DNA of 64,000 nt, taken from IMG/VR virus record IMGVR_UViG_2925639251_000002; one strand, written 5' to 3'. The notes under the pieces were generated by a model. It was not told the DNA's origin. It saw nothing but the letters and a program-made list of their open reading frames with translations, and searched no databases. Of this stretch, positions 48,469 through 58,759 are shown piece after piece. Numbering within the stretch: position 1 is the stretch's first letter; the number at the start of each line of letters is the position of its first letter. Made by a program: the position numbers and the translations under genes. Source of the DNA: a virus.

Positions 48469-50169
48469 TTGCTTATATTAAAGGGAGATCAAAAGCTAAG
48501 TACGGACAATATAATGCATTTGATTGGCAAAATTAATGCATTGATTTATGCCAGAGTATCAACAACAGATCAAGCTAATAAGGGTTTTTCAATTGAGTCA
48601 CAAATAGAAAGGTGTAAAGAAAGAGCAATCTCTAAATTTGGATACAAGGAAAGCGAAATAATTGCGTTAGTTGAACCGGGGGGCATGGGAGATGATCCAA
48701 ACCGGCCAGCTCTTAATCACGCATTATATTTATTAGAAAAAGGACTAGGAAAAAAATTCATTGTATTACACCCAGATCGTCTAACTAGAGATAACACCTT
48801 ACAGGGTGTGGTATCAAGAAGAATATGGGGTATGGGTGTTGATATCGAGTTTATTGAATTTGAAGTAAATCCTCATGATCCTGAATCAATGCTGATGTAC
48901 AACATTCAAGGTTCAATTGCACAGTACAATAAGGCGAAAATTCATGCTAACTCAAAGCGAGGAAGATTGGCTAAAGCAAAGAAAGGTGAATTTCCTTCAT
49001 TTAAAAGGTTGTATGGGTACAAATTTAATACAGTGACAGATCTTCCTGAGTATAACGAAGAAGAAAAAGAAATTTTGCTTGAAATGAAGGATATGCTCTT
49101 AAACAAAAAAATGTCCTCGAATGAAATTGCTAAAGAACTTTCAAGAAGGGGAGTTGCTGCTCCTAACGGAAAGACTTGGTATCAGGCAACTGTAAGTAGA
49201 ATGTTGCAGAATGAAGATTACACAGGTGATTTTTATTATGGAAAGTCAAAAGTTGTTCAAATTAACGGTAAGAAGAAACAGGTGCCGACAAACAAAGACG
49301 AATGGATATTGATAAAGATTCCTCCAATGTGGGATAAAGCTACACGAGAGCAAATCATTGAGCGATTGAAGAGCAACTTTAAGGGAAGAAGTCGAGCTAC
49401 TAAAGACTATTTGCTGAAAAACAAGGCGAAATGCGGCCGTTGTGGAGGGGCATGTGGCTCAGGAATAACTTCTAAAACTAAATCAGGCGTATATAAGTAT
49501 TATTCTTGTAGAGCAAAGACTGCAAAAGGATATCAAAATGGCAAGAAAGTTGTTTCATGTGAAGGTAAGAACTGGAGAGTCGATATCGTTGATGAAGTTT
49601 TTTGGAACTGGTTTATAAAACTCATGAAGAATCCAGAGAAATTTCTAGAATCATTTTTAGAGGAAGCGTCTGATCAAAAGAAAATCGATGAACTCAAAGC
49701 AAAAGCAAATCGACTAGAAAAACAACTCGGTGAGATAGATGAAGAAATTGCAAATTATGTAATTCTTTTCGGGAAAGGGAAAATTAAAGAAAGTATGTTC
49801 GACCAACTGTCTCAGCCATTGGAACAGAACAAAGAGCATATTGAGAATGAGATTAAAATAATTAATTCACAATTGGCTGCAAATAAACAAACTGAAGACA
49901 AAAAACAAAAAATGATCGAGTATATTGGCTCGTTCTCTAAAATGATTAAAAATGAAATTACAATAGAAGAAAAACGGCAATTCCTTGATTTCTTCATTGA
50001 AAAAGTAACTCTGTTTGATGATGATCACATGGAAGTTGTATGGAAAAGTTCTTCACTTAATAATGAAAACAGCCATGTGGATTTTCTTAACGGCGAGCAG
50101 GGAGGGGAGTTTATAAACTCGCATAAAAGACTAAACCATATTCAAGCATATGGAAGACAAACAGCATGA
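48469..50169 (+). CDS. Large serine recombinase (SprA-like integrase)
   Basis: YARVST catalytic Ser, DRLTR, Zn-ribbon CGRCG...YYSC...C, coiled coil. Confidence 0.93.
   Translation: MLILKGDQKLSTDNIMHLIGKINALIYARVSTTDQANKGFSIESQIERCKERAISKFGYKESEIIALVEPGGMGDDPNRPALNHALYLLEKGLGKKFIVLHPDRLTRDNTLQGVVSRRIWGMGVDIEFIEFEVNPHDPESMLMYNIQGSIAQYNKAKIHANSKRGRLAKAKKGEFPSFKRLYGYKFNTVTDLPEYNEEEKEILLEMKDMLLNKKMSSNEIAKELSRRGVAAPNGKTWYQATVSRMLQNEDYTGDFYYGKSKVVQINGKKKQVPTNKDEWILIKIPPMWDKATREQIIERLKSNFKGRSRATKDYLLKNKAKCGRCGGACGSGITSKTKSGVYKYYSCRAKTAKGYQNGKKVVSCEGKNWRVDIVDEVFWNWFIKLMKNPEKFLESFLEEASDQKKIDELKAKANRLEKQLGEIDEEIANYVILFGKGKIKESMFDQLSQPLEQNKEHIENEIKIINSQLAANKQTEDKKQKMIEYIGSFSKMIKNEITIEEKRQFLDFFIEKVTLFDDDHMEVVWKSSSLNNENSHVDFLNGEQGGEFINSHKRLNHIQAYGRQTA
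50136..50153. other. Prophage-host att junction within spoVK
   Basis: CCATAT-TCAAGC-ATATGG inverted repeat centred on AA (50144-50145); host spoVK sequence (K-H-M-E-D-K) resumes here. Confidence 0.75.
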
Positions 50170-50560
50170 GTTTATTTTGATACTCGCCGGATATTCACGG
50201 GAAATGGATCATTTTCTCTCGTTAAATCCCGGACTCCAATCAAGATTTCCCATCTCCATTGATTTTCCGGATTACTCTGTGACCCAGCTCATGGAGATTG
50301 CGAAACGAATGATCGATGAAAGGGAATACCAGCTCAGTCAAGAAGCGGAATGGAAATTGAAAGATTACTTAATGACAGTGAAAAGCACGACAAGTCCCAT
50401 TAAATTCAGCAATGGACGTTTTGTCAGAAATGTGATCGAAAAATCGATCAGAGCACAAGCCATGAGGCTTTTAATGGGAGACCAATACTTAAAAAGCGAC
50501 TTGATGACCATCAAAAGCCAAGATCTTTCCATTAAAGAAGAAGCATCTGGATCTGCATAG
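50144..50560 (+). pseudogene. spoVK: 3' part of spoVK (AAA ATPase for spore maturation), interrupted by the prophage
   Basis: KHMEDKQHEFILILAGY...NPGLQSRFP...SNGRFVRN...EEASGSA matches the SpoVK C-terminus. Confidence 0.92.
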
Positions 50561-50590
50561 ACCTCTCAGTTTTTGAGAGGTCTGTTTTTT
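50559..50590 (+). terminator. spoVK terminator
   Basis: AGACCTCTC...GAGAGGTCT followed by a T tract. Confidence 0.8.
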
Positions 50591-50692
50591 GCTCGTATTT
50601 CCGCTTTTCAAAGCAATCGATTTGTGGTATACACATGCAGGGTTTGGTATGATAATACTACTGCCCAATATGCAAAAGAAAGGAACATCCAT

Positions 50693-51955
50693 TTGAACGA
50701 ACAAGAAACGATTCAGGAGAAAGCCATTTTAGTCGGATGTCAGCTGCCGCATATCACGGATGAGCATTTTGAAAATTCTATGGAAGAGCTAGCATCTCTG
50801 ACGAAAACAGCAGACGGAAAAGTACTGACCAGCGTCACACAAAAACGGAACAGGGCTGACGCCGCTACATATATAGGAAAAGGGAAGGTAGAAGAGCTGA
50901 AGGCACTCGTGGAAGAGCTTGAAGCTGATCTCCTCATCTTTAATGATGAACTGTCGCCAAGTCAGCTGAAGTCATTGGCAACAGCAATTGAAGTGAAGAT
51001 GATTGACCGCACGCAATTGATATTAGATATTTTTGCAAAGCGGGCGAGAACGAGAGAAGGCAAACTTCAAATTGAGCTGGCTCAGCTGCAATATGCACTG
51101 CCGCGTCTGACGGGACAAGGGATCAATCTCTCCCGGCAAGGCGGAGGAATTGGGGCAAGAGGTCCCGGGGAAACGAAACTGGAAACCGACCGCCGCCATA
51201 TCAGAAATCGCATTCATGAAATCAACACACAGCTTTCCACTGTCATTCGCCATAGAAGCCGATACCGTGAAAGAAGAAAGAAAAACGGTGTGCTTCAAAT
51301 TGCGCTTGTCGGCTATACAAACGCAGGGAAATCAACATGGTTCAACCGCCTGACGAGTGCTGACAGTTATGAAGAAGACCTCCTGTTTGCCACGCTGGAC
51401 CCGATGACCAGAAAAATGGTCCTGCCAAGCGGCTACAGTGTTCTTCTTTCAGATACAGTAGGATTTATTCAGGATCTTCCGACGACATTGATTGCTGCAT
51501 TCCGCTCAACGCTTGAGGAAGTAAAAGAAGCGGATTTAATTCTGCATTTAATTGATTCTTCAAATGAGGATTATGCGGGACATGAAAAAACAGTGCTTCG
51601 GCTGCTTGAGGAGCTTGAAGCAGATGATATCCCGATGCTGACGGCTTACAATAAACGTGATCAAAAACTGCCTGATTTTATACCGTCCGCCGGAAGGGAT
51701 CACATTATGGTCAGTGCGAAATTTGAGGACGACGCTGCAGCCTTTAAAGAAGCGATTCAGCGCTATTTGCGCCAAGAACTGTTAACGTCTTTTGAAGCAC
51801 ATGTGCCGGCAAGTGAAGGGAAGCTCCTTTCCAGAATCAAATCGGAAACGATGGTAGACCGCTTCTATTTTAATGAAGAAAATGAACAGTATGACATATC
51901 CGGCTATGTCCAAGAAGAGCAAAGTATCATCGGTGAATTAAAGAAGTATATGTAG
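50693..51955 (+). CDS. hflX: Ribosome-splitting GTPase HflX (YnbA)
   Basis: TTG start gives 420 aa; [17 protein letters not shown]. Confidence 0.95.
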   Translation: MNEQETIQEKAILVGCQLPHITDEHFENSMEELASLTKTADGKVLTSVTQKRNRADAATYIGKGKVEELKALVEELEADLLIFNDELSPSQLKSLATAIEVKMIDRTQLILDIFAKRARTREGKLQIELAQLQYALPRLTGQGINLSRQGGGIGARGPGETKLETDRRHIRNRIHEINTQLSTVIRHRSRYRERRKKNGVLQIALVGYTNAGKSTWFNRLTSADSYEEDLLFATLDPMTRKMVLPSGYSVLLSDTVGFIQDLPTTLIAAFRSTLEEVKEADLILHLIDSSNEDYAGHEKTVLRLLEELEADDIPMLTAYNKRDQKLPDFIPSAGRDHIMVSAKFEDDAAAFKEAIQRYLRQELLTSFEAHVPASEGKLLSRIKSETMVDRFYFNEENEQYDISGYVQEEQSIIGELKKYM

Positions 51956-51972
51956 GAAGGAAATATAAAGAC

Positions 51973-53238
51973 ATGTTTGACACATTAACACACGGAGAAT
52001 TATTGAAGAAAACGGCAGTGGAAGTGGAAGCGGACATTGCCGGCATTCATAAACAAATAGAAGAAATCAGCGAGCGAAATGAGTGGAGAGTGCTTCAAAG
52101 CTATAGAAAACACAAAGTAAGCGACACTCATTTCACGCCGTCTACTGGATACGGCTATGATGATATCGGAAGAGACACGCTTGAAAGCATATATGCGGAT
52201 GTGTTTGGCGGAGAAGCGGGGCTTGTAAGGCCGCAAATCATTTCAGGCACACATGCCATCTCAATTGCTTTGTTCGGTGTCCTCAGACCGGGGGACGAGC
52301 TCCTTTATATCACGGGCAAGCCGTATGATACGCTAGAGGAAATTGTGGGCGTCAGGGGTGGAGAAAACGCTGGATCGCTAAAGGATTTTCAAATCGGCTA
52401 TAATGCGGTTGATCTGACGAAAGACGGAAAGATAGACTATGATGCAGTCGCCGCTGCGATCAATCCGAAAACCAAAGTAATCGGCATTCAGCGCTCAAAA
52501 GGATATGCGAATCGCCCTTCTTTCTTAATTAGTGAAATAAAAGAAATGATACGTTTTGTAAAAGAAATCAATGAAAACCTGATCGTCTTTGTGGATAACT
52601 GTTACGGAGAATTTGTGGAAGAGCTTGAGCCTTGCCATGTCGGAGCCGATCTGATGGCGGGATCTCTCATTAAAAATCCCGGCGGCGGCCTTGCGAAAAC
52701 AGGCGGCTACCTCGTCGGAAAAGCGAAATGGATTGAAGCTTGCTCATACCGTATGACGTCACCAGGCATCGGCAGAGAAGCGGGGGCATCTCTTTACTCG
52801 CTCCAAGAAATGTACCAAGGCTTCTTTTTGGCGCCTCACGTTGTGTCTCAAAGTTTAAAGGGAGCGGTGTTTACAGCGAGATTCCTTGAAAAACTGGGCT
52901 TCACTTCAAACCCGAAATGGGATGCGAAAAGAACGGATTTGATACAATCCGTTGAGTTTTCTGACAGAGAAAAGATGATTGCTTTTTGCCAGGCTATTCA
53001 ATACGCATCGCCAATCAATGCTCATGTGACGCCTTATCCAGCCTACATGCCGGGATACGAAGATGATGTCATTATGGCAGCAGGCACGTTTATTCAAGGA
53101 GCAAGCATCGAATTATCAGCTGATGGCCCTATCCGCCCGCCGTATGTAGCGTATGTTCAGGGAGGATTAACCTATTCGCATGTGAAGAATGCCATATGCA
53201 GTGCAGTGGATTCATTGATGGAAAAGCAATTAATTTAA
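51973..53238 (+). CDS. ynbB: PLP-dependent methionine gamma-lyase-family protein
   Basis: 421 aa; DNCYGE, SLIKNPGGG; hflX-glnR synteny. Confidence 0.93.
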   Translation: MFDTLTHGELLKKTAVEVEADIAGIHKQIEEISERNEWRVLQSYRKHKVSDTHFTPSTGYGYDDIGRDTLESIYADVFGGEAGLVRPQIISGTHAISIALFGVLRPGDELLYITGKPYDTLEEIVGVRGGENAGSLKDFQIGYNAVDLTKDGKIDYDAVAAAINPKTKVIGIQRSKGYANRPSFLISEIKEMIRFVKEINENLIVFVDNCYGEFVEELEPCHVGADLMAGSLIKNPGGGLAKTGGYLVGKAKWIEACSYRMTSPGIGREAGASLYSLQEMYQGFFLAPHVVSQSLKGAVFTARFLEKLGFTSNPKWDAKRTDLIQSVEFSDREKMIAFCQAIQYASPINAHVTPYPAYMPGYEDDVIMAAGTFIQGASIELSADGPIRPPYVAYVQGGLTYSHVKNAICSAVDSLMEKQLI

Positions 53239-53265
53239 ATTTTTTAAAAATTTCTCTGGATTTGA

Positions 53266-53316
53266 TGTTAAGAATCCTTACATCGTATTGACACATAATA
53301 TAACATCACCTATAAT
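53266..53316 (+). promoter_or_regulatory. glnRA promoter with GlnR/TnrA operators
   Basis: TGTTA-N7-TTACA 53266-53282; second site 53289-53305; TTGACA-N17-TATAAT 53288-53316. Confidence 0.9.
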
Positions 53317-53347
53317 GAAACTAAGTTAAGAAAAGGAGGAAATTGAG

Positions 53348-53755
53348 ATGAGTGATAATATTCGCCGCTCAATGCCTTTATTTCCAATAGGAATTGTCAT
53401 GCAGTTAACTGAGTTATCAGCAAGACAAATTCGATATTATGAGGAAAATGGACTGATATTTCCAGCCAGAAGTGAAGGAAATAGACGATTATTTTCATTT
53501 CATGATGTAGATAAACTGTTAGAAATCAAGCACCTGATAGAACAAGGTGTAAACATGGCAGGAATTAAACAGATTCTGGCGAAAGCCGAAGCCGAGCCAG
53601 AACAAAAACAAAACGAGAAGACGAAAAAACCAATGAAACATGATCTGTCCGATGACGAACTGAGACAGCTCCTGAAAAACGAGCTCATGCAAGCCGGCCG
53701 TTTTCAAAGAGGGAATACATTCCGTCAAGGCGACATGTCCCGCTTCTTTCATTAA
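53348..53755 (+). CDS. glnR: MerR-family nitrogen regulator GlnR
   Basis: 135 aa, [12 protein letters not shown]. Confidence 0.97.
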
Positions 53756-53813
53756 TCCGTTAGCAACTGTTTTGCTATATACATTTACCTTTTAAGAGGA
53801 GGAATTTTACCAA

Positions 53814-55148
53814 ATGGCAAAGTACACTAGAGAAGATATCGAAAAATTAGTAAAAGAAGAAAACGTGAAGTATATCCGCCTTCAATTTACTGACATTCTT
53901 GGAACAATCAAGAATGTTGAGATTCCTGTAAGCCAGCTTGGAAAAGCGCTTGATAATAAAGTCATGTTTGACGGTTCTTCTATTGAGGGATTCGTTCGTA
54001 TCGAGGAGTCAGACATGTACCTGTATCCAGATCTAAATACATTTGTTATCTTCCCATGGACAGCTGAAAAAGGTAAAGTAGCACGTTTCATCTGTGATAT
54101 TTACAATCCGGATGGCACACCTTTTGAAGGTGACCCGCGAAACAACTTAAAACGGATTTTGAAAGAAATGGAAGACCTCGGATTTAGTGATTTCAACCTT
54201 GGGCCTGAGCCTGAATTCTTCTTATTCAAATTGGACGAAAAAGGCGAGCCGACGCTTGAACTAAACGACAAAGGCGGATATTTCGACTTAGCTCCAACGG
54301 ATTTAGGAGAAAACTGCCGCCGCGATATCGTGCTTGAGCTTGAAGAGATGGGCTTTGAAATCGAAGCATCTCACCACGAAGTAGCACCTGGTCAGCACGA
54401 AATTGACTTTAAATATGCTGGAGCAGTCCGCTCTTGTGATGACATCCAAACATTTAAACTAGTTGTCAAAACAATTGCCCGCAAACACGGCCTGCATGCG
54501 ACATTTATGCCAAAACCATTGTTCGGCGTGAACGGTTCTGGTATGCACTGCAATCTATCACTCTTCAAAAATGGTGTTAACGCATTCTTTGATGAAAGCG
54601 CAGATCTTCAGTTAAGTGAAACAGCGAAACACTTCATCGCAGGTATCGTGAAGCACGCAACAAGCTTTACAGCAGTAACAAACCCGACAGTAAACTCTTA
54701 CAAACGTCTTGTTCCTGGCTATGAAGCACCTTGTTATGTAGCATGGAGCGCGCAAAACAGAAGCCCGCTTATCCGTATCCCGGCTTCTCGCGGCATCAGC
54801 ACACGTGTAGAAGTACGCAGCGTAGACCCAGCTGCTAACCCATACCTTGCACTTAGCGTATTGCTTGCTGCAGGATTAGACGGAATCAAAAACAAACTGG
54901 AAGCGCCGGCTCCAATCGACCGCAACATCTATGTGATGAGCAAAGAAGAGCGCATGGAAAACGGAATCGTTGACCTTCCAGCAACACTTGCGGAAGCGCT
55001 AGAAGAATTCAAATCAAACGAAGTCATGGTCAAAGCGCTGGGCGAGCACCTATTCGAACACTTCATCGAAGCAAAAGAAATCGAATGGGATATGTTCCGC
55101 ACGCAAGTACATCCTTGGGAACGCGAACAGTATATGTCTCAGTATTAA
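53814..55148 (+). CDS. glnA: Glutamine synthetase type I
   Basis: 444 aa, [25 protein letters not shown]. Confidence 0.98.
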   Translation: MAKYTREDIEKLVKEENVKYIRLQFTDILGTIKNVEIPVSQLGKALDNKVMFDGSSIEGFVRIEESDMYLYPDLNTFVIFPWTAEKGKVARFICDIYNPDGTPFEGDPRNNLKRILKEMEDLGFSDFNLGPEPEFFLFKLDEKGEPTLELNDKGGYFDLAPTDLGENCRRDIVLELEEMGFEIEASHHEVAPGQHEIDFKYAGAVRSCDDIQTFKLVVKTIARKHGLHATFMPKPLFGVNGSGMHCNLSLFKNGVNAFFDESADLQLSETAKHFIAGIVKHATSFTAVTNPTVNSYKRLVPGYEAPCYVAWSAQNRSPLIRIPASRGISTRVEVRSVDPAANPYLALSVLLAAGLDGIKNKLEAPAPIDRNIYVMSKEERMENGIVDLPATLAEALEEFKSNEVMVKALGEHLFEHFIEAKEIEWDMFRTQVHPWEREQYMSQY

Positions 55149-55154
55149 TCTTTC

Positions 55155-55189
55155 AATCCCTTGACACTATTGTTGTCAAGGGATTTTTT
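55155..55189 (+). terminator. glnA terminator
   Basis: 12-bp stem AATCCCTTGACA/TGTCAAGGGATT followed by a T tract. Confidence 0.85.
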
Positions 55190-55221
55190 GATTTTGATTA
55201 ATAGAATGAGAAATTAGCATT

Positions 55222-55249
55222 TTTGGTCAATGACCAAATTATGACCAAA
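55222..55249. repeat. Probable integrase arm-type sites (TGACCAAA x2 plus an inverted copy)
   Basis: TTTGGTCA 55222-55229; ATGACCAAA 55230-55238 and 55241-55249 next to the int 3' end. Confidence 0.6.
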
Positions 55250-55260
55250 AATATTTGAAG

Positions 55261-56415
55261 TTAGAAATCTAACTCTACGATTGACGAGACGTAATTTTCG
55301 TAATTCTTTATTCGGCTTTGGTCAAGTTTTTTACTTACATGGGAATAAACATCGGCGGTTACCATCATACTTTTATGACCTAAGCGCTCTTGAATATATT
55401 TCATGTCTGCACCTGATTCTAAAAGTAATACAGCATGCGTGTGCCGCAATGCATGGATTGGCATTTTATCAATGTTTGCTCGTTTTAAAATGCGATTAAA
55501 TGCATTGAAGAGGGTAGACTTCGGTAAGATATTCCCGTCAACGCGACTAAAAACTAAGTTAAGATCATGCCTATAATCATCTTGCAACATTTGTTTGTTC
55601 TCAAATTGCCACTTCTTATGTTTTTGTAAAGCCGCAGAAAGTGAGGCGCCGATTGATATTCTTCTTTTGGATTCATACGTTTTAGTTTCGCCGAAGAGTT
55701 CATCGGTGGTTTTTGCAGTGAAATCTAATGTTTTCTTAATGTCTATGTAATTCTCTCTCAGGTTGATGTCTGTCCATTGCAGTGCGGCGGCTTCCCCTTT
55801 TCGCATCCCGGTTTCCAAGAGAGCTCTGAAGAAGATGTAATAAATATAGTTATACTTATAGGCTTTCTGAAGAAATTTTGGAATATCGTCAGAAAGCATG
55901 TATTGAAGAGTGTCTTTTTTCTTTTCGTTCTTATTCGAAACTGTAGCTCCGAAACAAGGGTTTTTTGTTAATTTCCCAATGATTACAGCTTTACTAAATG
56001 CATTAAACATTGTACCGTGTATAATTTCAACAGTACGCTTACTATATCCCTTATCGGTTAATGAATTAAGGAATTTTTGATACATAATAGGTTTTACATC
56101 GGTAACCTTTATGTTTTTAAAGTAAGGTAGAATATGATTTTTGATGTTTCGTTCATGAAGCTCGTAAGTATTTTTTCTTACAGTATCTTTTTTATACTCG
56201 TTTAGCCAGCTTAATAAAAATTGTTTAAGAGAAATAGTAACCGTGTCGTATTCGAAATCCGTTGCTAGTAATGTTTCCTGCTCAGCTGCTGCCAGCTGTG
56301 CTTCTTTTTTTGTTTTAAAACCACTTTTTGATTTAACTTTATTTTTGAGCGTAAAGGGATCCTGATAGGAGATTCGGTATTCCCATGTATGGCCACGCTT
56401 TCTATAACTCGCCAC
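55261..56415 (-). CDS. Tyrosine integrase
   Basis: ETGMRKGE, IHALRHTHA, RLGH...VYSH; AP2-like arm-binding N-terminus. Confidence 0.95.
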   Translation of the reverse strand: MASYRKRGHTWEYRISYQDPFTLKNKVKSKSGFKTKKEAQLAAAEQETLLATDFEYDTVTISLKQFLLSWLNEYKKDTVRKNTYELHERNIKNHILPYFKNIKVTDVKPIMYQKFLNSLTDKGYSKRTVEIIHGTMFNAFSKAVIIGKLTKNPCFGATVSNKNEKKKDTLQYMLSDDIPKFLQKAYKYNYIYYIFFRALLETGMRKGEAAALQWTDINLRENYIDIKKTLDFTAKTTDELFGETKTYESKRRISIGASLSAALQKHKKWQFENKQMLQDDYRHDLNLVFSRVDGNILPKSTLFNAFNRILKRANIDKMPIHALRHTHAVLLLESGADMKYIQERLGHKSMMVTADVYSHVSKKLDQSRIKNYENYVSSIVELDF

Positions 56416-56710
56416 GACTATTCCCTCCAGATTTATTTTTAAATATAAACTTTGATACTATTATGTAATGTAACATAATGTTTTTGTAGGAAAAAATCAA
56501 CAAAGTATCATGCGAAGGCAATAAATAAAACACTTATGAATCCCCATGGTTAGAACCAAATCCATACAAAATATATCTATTTAGTAAGAATTATGATACA
56601 ATAAATAAGATTGGAAAAATTATATTTATTTGGATTTTTTGTTCTTTCTTTGATCCTTTCGTCATTAATCGACAATCTTTTTTTGTTCAGTATGTTAAAT
56701 TAATTTTGAA

Positions 56711-57904
56711 ATGGTGATTATGATGAGTGAAAGTATAGTAGATGTTAGAAATCATTTAAAGCGCATAATAGAGTCTTCAGATGAAAAACAGAAAGAGATT
56801 GCCGATAAAATTGGAATTAGTGCTGCCCACTTAAGTAAGTTTTTGAATGGGCAAGAAATTTCACTTTGGATGGTATTGGAGATAATACGTTACCTCGATA
56901 AGGATAACGAGGTCGAAATCATGCGGCAATGCTGCCTTGAGGCGACAAAGAAAAATATAAAAACTGCTTTTGAATATGCTCATTCTAAAAGTTTGGACTC
57001 AGTCACTTGTATATTGCTCAATAAAACCTTGGACGGAAATAACAGAGAGTTAAAGGAATGGGCAATCGTCTATCAATGGCAACTATGGTCAAAATACAAT
57101 CGTGTTTATAGCGAGGTTGATTACCTCGAAATGTTGAAAAAGCTGCAACCCAATTCTCATGACTTAAAAACACTTTTGCAAATTCTAGAGATGCTTTGCT
57201 TTTATTACAGTGAGAAGTATGATTTATCTCTACACTACATAAAAAAAATTCACAACATGCTTCCTGAAATTAAGGATCCATTTATTAAAAAAGCATTTTT
57301 AAGCCGTACAGACGAAGCTCTAGCAAATATGTATCTGAAGTTTGAAAACAATATAGATAAATCCAGAGGATCTGCTGAAAAGCTCATCGAAAGAAATTTT
57401 AGCGTGAATTCGGTGACGAATGGCTATTTTATATTGGGATTATCATATTTGTTTGAATCATACGAGAAAACATCAAGCTTTTTTAAAAAAGGGATTCAAT
57501 TAAACAACACGAAAGAAAGATATTTTGTAGCTAATGACTTAAGAGAACAGTTAGCAATTACTAACCTTTTTTGGAACAAACCAGTACCAAAAGAATATAT
57601 AGTGACTGACTTTATTAAAGCAGTTGTCAATAAAGCTAATCTGAAATATTTTTATGATGACAAATACTACTCAGCTTTAGCTTTTTATTTTGACGGAAGA
57701 AGGGAAGGGAGTCAGGAAAAGCTGCTGTTATCGTTACATGTTTTTTGTGAAAAGAAGGATTACTTTAGAGCAAACCTACCAAAAATGGAGTTGCTAAAAC
57801 TAGGAGTTGATTATAATATATTAAAAAGGGAGGTGAAAATTGGTGAAAAAGACAATTATAGGAGTTTTGATTACTTTAGCAATAGCTCTAGCATTTGTTT
57901 TTAG
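56711..57904 (+). CDS. aimR: AimR-like arbitrium receptor (HTH + TPR)
   Basis: N-terminal XRE HTH; LKEWAIVY and TPR-like helices; followed by a pro-peptide gene. Confidence 0.85.
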   Translation: MVIMMSESIVDVRNHLKRIIESSDEKQKEIADKIGISAAHLSKFLNGQEISLWMVLEIIRYLDKDNEVEIMRQCCLEATKKNIKTAFEYAHSKSLDSVTCILLNKTLDGNNRELKEWAIVYQWQLWSKYNRVYSEVDYLEMLKKLQPNSHDLKTLLQILEMLCFYYSEKYDLSLHYIKKIHNMLPEIKDPFIKKAFLSRTDEALANMYLKFENNIDKSRGSAEKLIERNFSVNSVTNGYFILGLSYLFESYEKTSSFFKKGIQLNNTKERYFVANDLREQLAITNLFWNKPVPKEYIVTDFIKAVVNKANLKYFYDDKYYSALAFYFDGRREGSQEKLLLSLHVFCEKKDYFRANLPKMELLKLGVDYNILKREVKIGEKDNYRSFDYFSNSSSICF

Positions 57905-58055
57905 TGCAAATAGTGCGGATGCTCCTGATTCAAAAAGCAATACAGTAATTCCATCAACAGGAACTAAACAACTGGCTGATCCTCCAGTTGGCATGAGCTT
58001 TAAATTAACGAAAGAAACACCAAAACCTAGAACAGAAAAAGCTATATTTTATTAA
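57843..58055 (+). CDS. aimP: AimP-like arbitrium pro-peptide; candidate mature peptide DPPVGM (57978-57995)
   Basis: GTG after GGGAGGTGA; MKK + hydrophobic signal peptide; QLADPPVGM. Confidence 0.8.
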   Translation: MKKTIIGVLITLAIALAFVFSANSADAPDSKSNTVIPSTGTKQLADPPVGMSFKLTKETPKPRTEKAIFY

Positions 58056-58096
58056 AAAGACGCTGCCAATTACATAGGCAACGTCTTTCGTGTTTT
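58056..58096 (+). terminator. Terminator after aimP
   Basis: AAAGACG.TGCC...GGCA.CGTCTTT stem followed by a T-rich tract. Confidence 0.75.
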
Positions 58097-58103
58097 TAAA
58101 GAG

Positions 58104-58196
58104 GATTTCCTATTTTGACAAAACGAGAAAATAGGAAATCCTTATGTACTCATTTATTTTTAGTGTGTATTCAATTATAATAGGAACAAACGTTCC
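58104..58196 (+). promoter_or_regulatory. Candidate aimX promoter: 37-bp inverted repeat, TATAAT, LexA box
   Basis: GATTTCCTATTTT-N11-AAAATAGGAAATC 58104-58140; TATAAT 58176-58181; GAACAAACGTTC 58184-58195. Confidence 0.7.
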
Positions 58197-58214
58197 GACG
58201 AGGGGATAAAGAAA

Positions 58215-58325
58215 ATGGCAATTGTTTTTGATCAATTACTCAGTGTTATTAAACCAACAAAAAAAGAAGATCAAAATCAATCTTCTTCTAAATCATCCAA
58301 AAACTTAGCTTTAGATTCACGATAA
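58215..58325 (+). CDS. Candidate aimX (36-aa ORF and/or antisense RNA overlapping the cI 3' end)
   Basis: AGGGG RBS, ATG 58215; overlaps the repressor gene by 49 nt on the opposite strand. Confidence 0.45.
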   Translation: MAIVFDQLLSVIKPTKKEDQNQSSSKSSKNLALDSR

Positions 58326-58690
58326 GACTTAAGAGCATTTAACATGAATTCTCTTTCATCTTCGGTGATTTTTTTGCCTTCGTTGTCTATAATGTCAGCT
58401 TTTCTAATTGTATCGAGAGTTAAATTTCTAGAGAATACTAATTCTTTTTCTTCTTCACTCATTTTATTTAATTCATCTTCGACTGTCGCGAAGTAGGAAA
58501 CATCCACATTGAAAAATTTTGCAATCGCGTTTAGTTTTTCATAAGAGGGCTTTTTAATTTTATCTCCTGCCTCAAGTTTAGAGAGGTAACCTTGTGTAAC
58601 ACCTGTAGCATCAGCTAGTTCACGGAGAGTCATCTTTTTTTGCTTTCTTAATTTTGCAATATTCCGTCCAATTATTTTATTTTTTTCCAT
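58277..58690 (-). CDS. cI-like XRE repressor
   Basis: MTLRELADATGVTQGYLSKLE HTH; divergent from a cro-like gene. Confidence 0.88.
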   Translation of the reverse strand: MEKNKIIGRNIAKLRKQKKMTLRELADATGVTQGYLSKLEAGDKIKKPSYEKLNAIAKFFNVDVSYFATVEDELNKMSEEEKELVFSRNLTLDTIRKADIIDNEGKKITEDEREFMLNALKSYRESKAKFLDDLEED

Positions 58691-58759
58691 TAGAAAGCAA
58701 TCACCTTTCTATACAAAAAAGTTCAGTGTTTACTGTAGTAAATATTATAACATGTATTG

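Larger units (their letters stand above)
1..50145. mobile_element. SPbeta-like prophage (right part), integrated in spoVK
   Basis: Gene order follows SPbeta yopR...yotM; AT-rich; terminal serine recombinase abuts the 3' half of spoVK. Confidence 0.95.

Noticed and set aside
50573-50692. Extended N-terminus of HflX in the ORF track
   Set aside because: Covers the terminator and promoter region; TTG at 50693 with an RBS gives the expected 420 aa
50573-55148. hflX-ynbB-glnR-glnA as a novel system
   Set aside because: Ordinary conserved B. subtilis core locus
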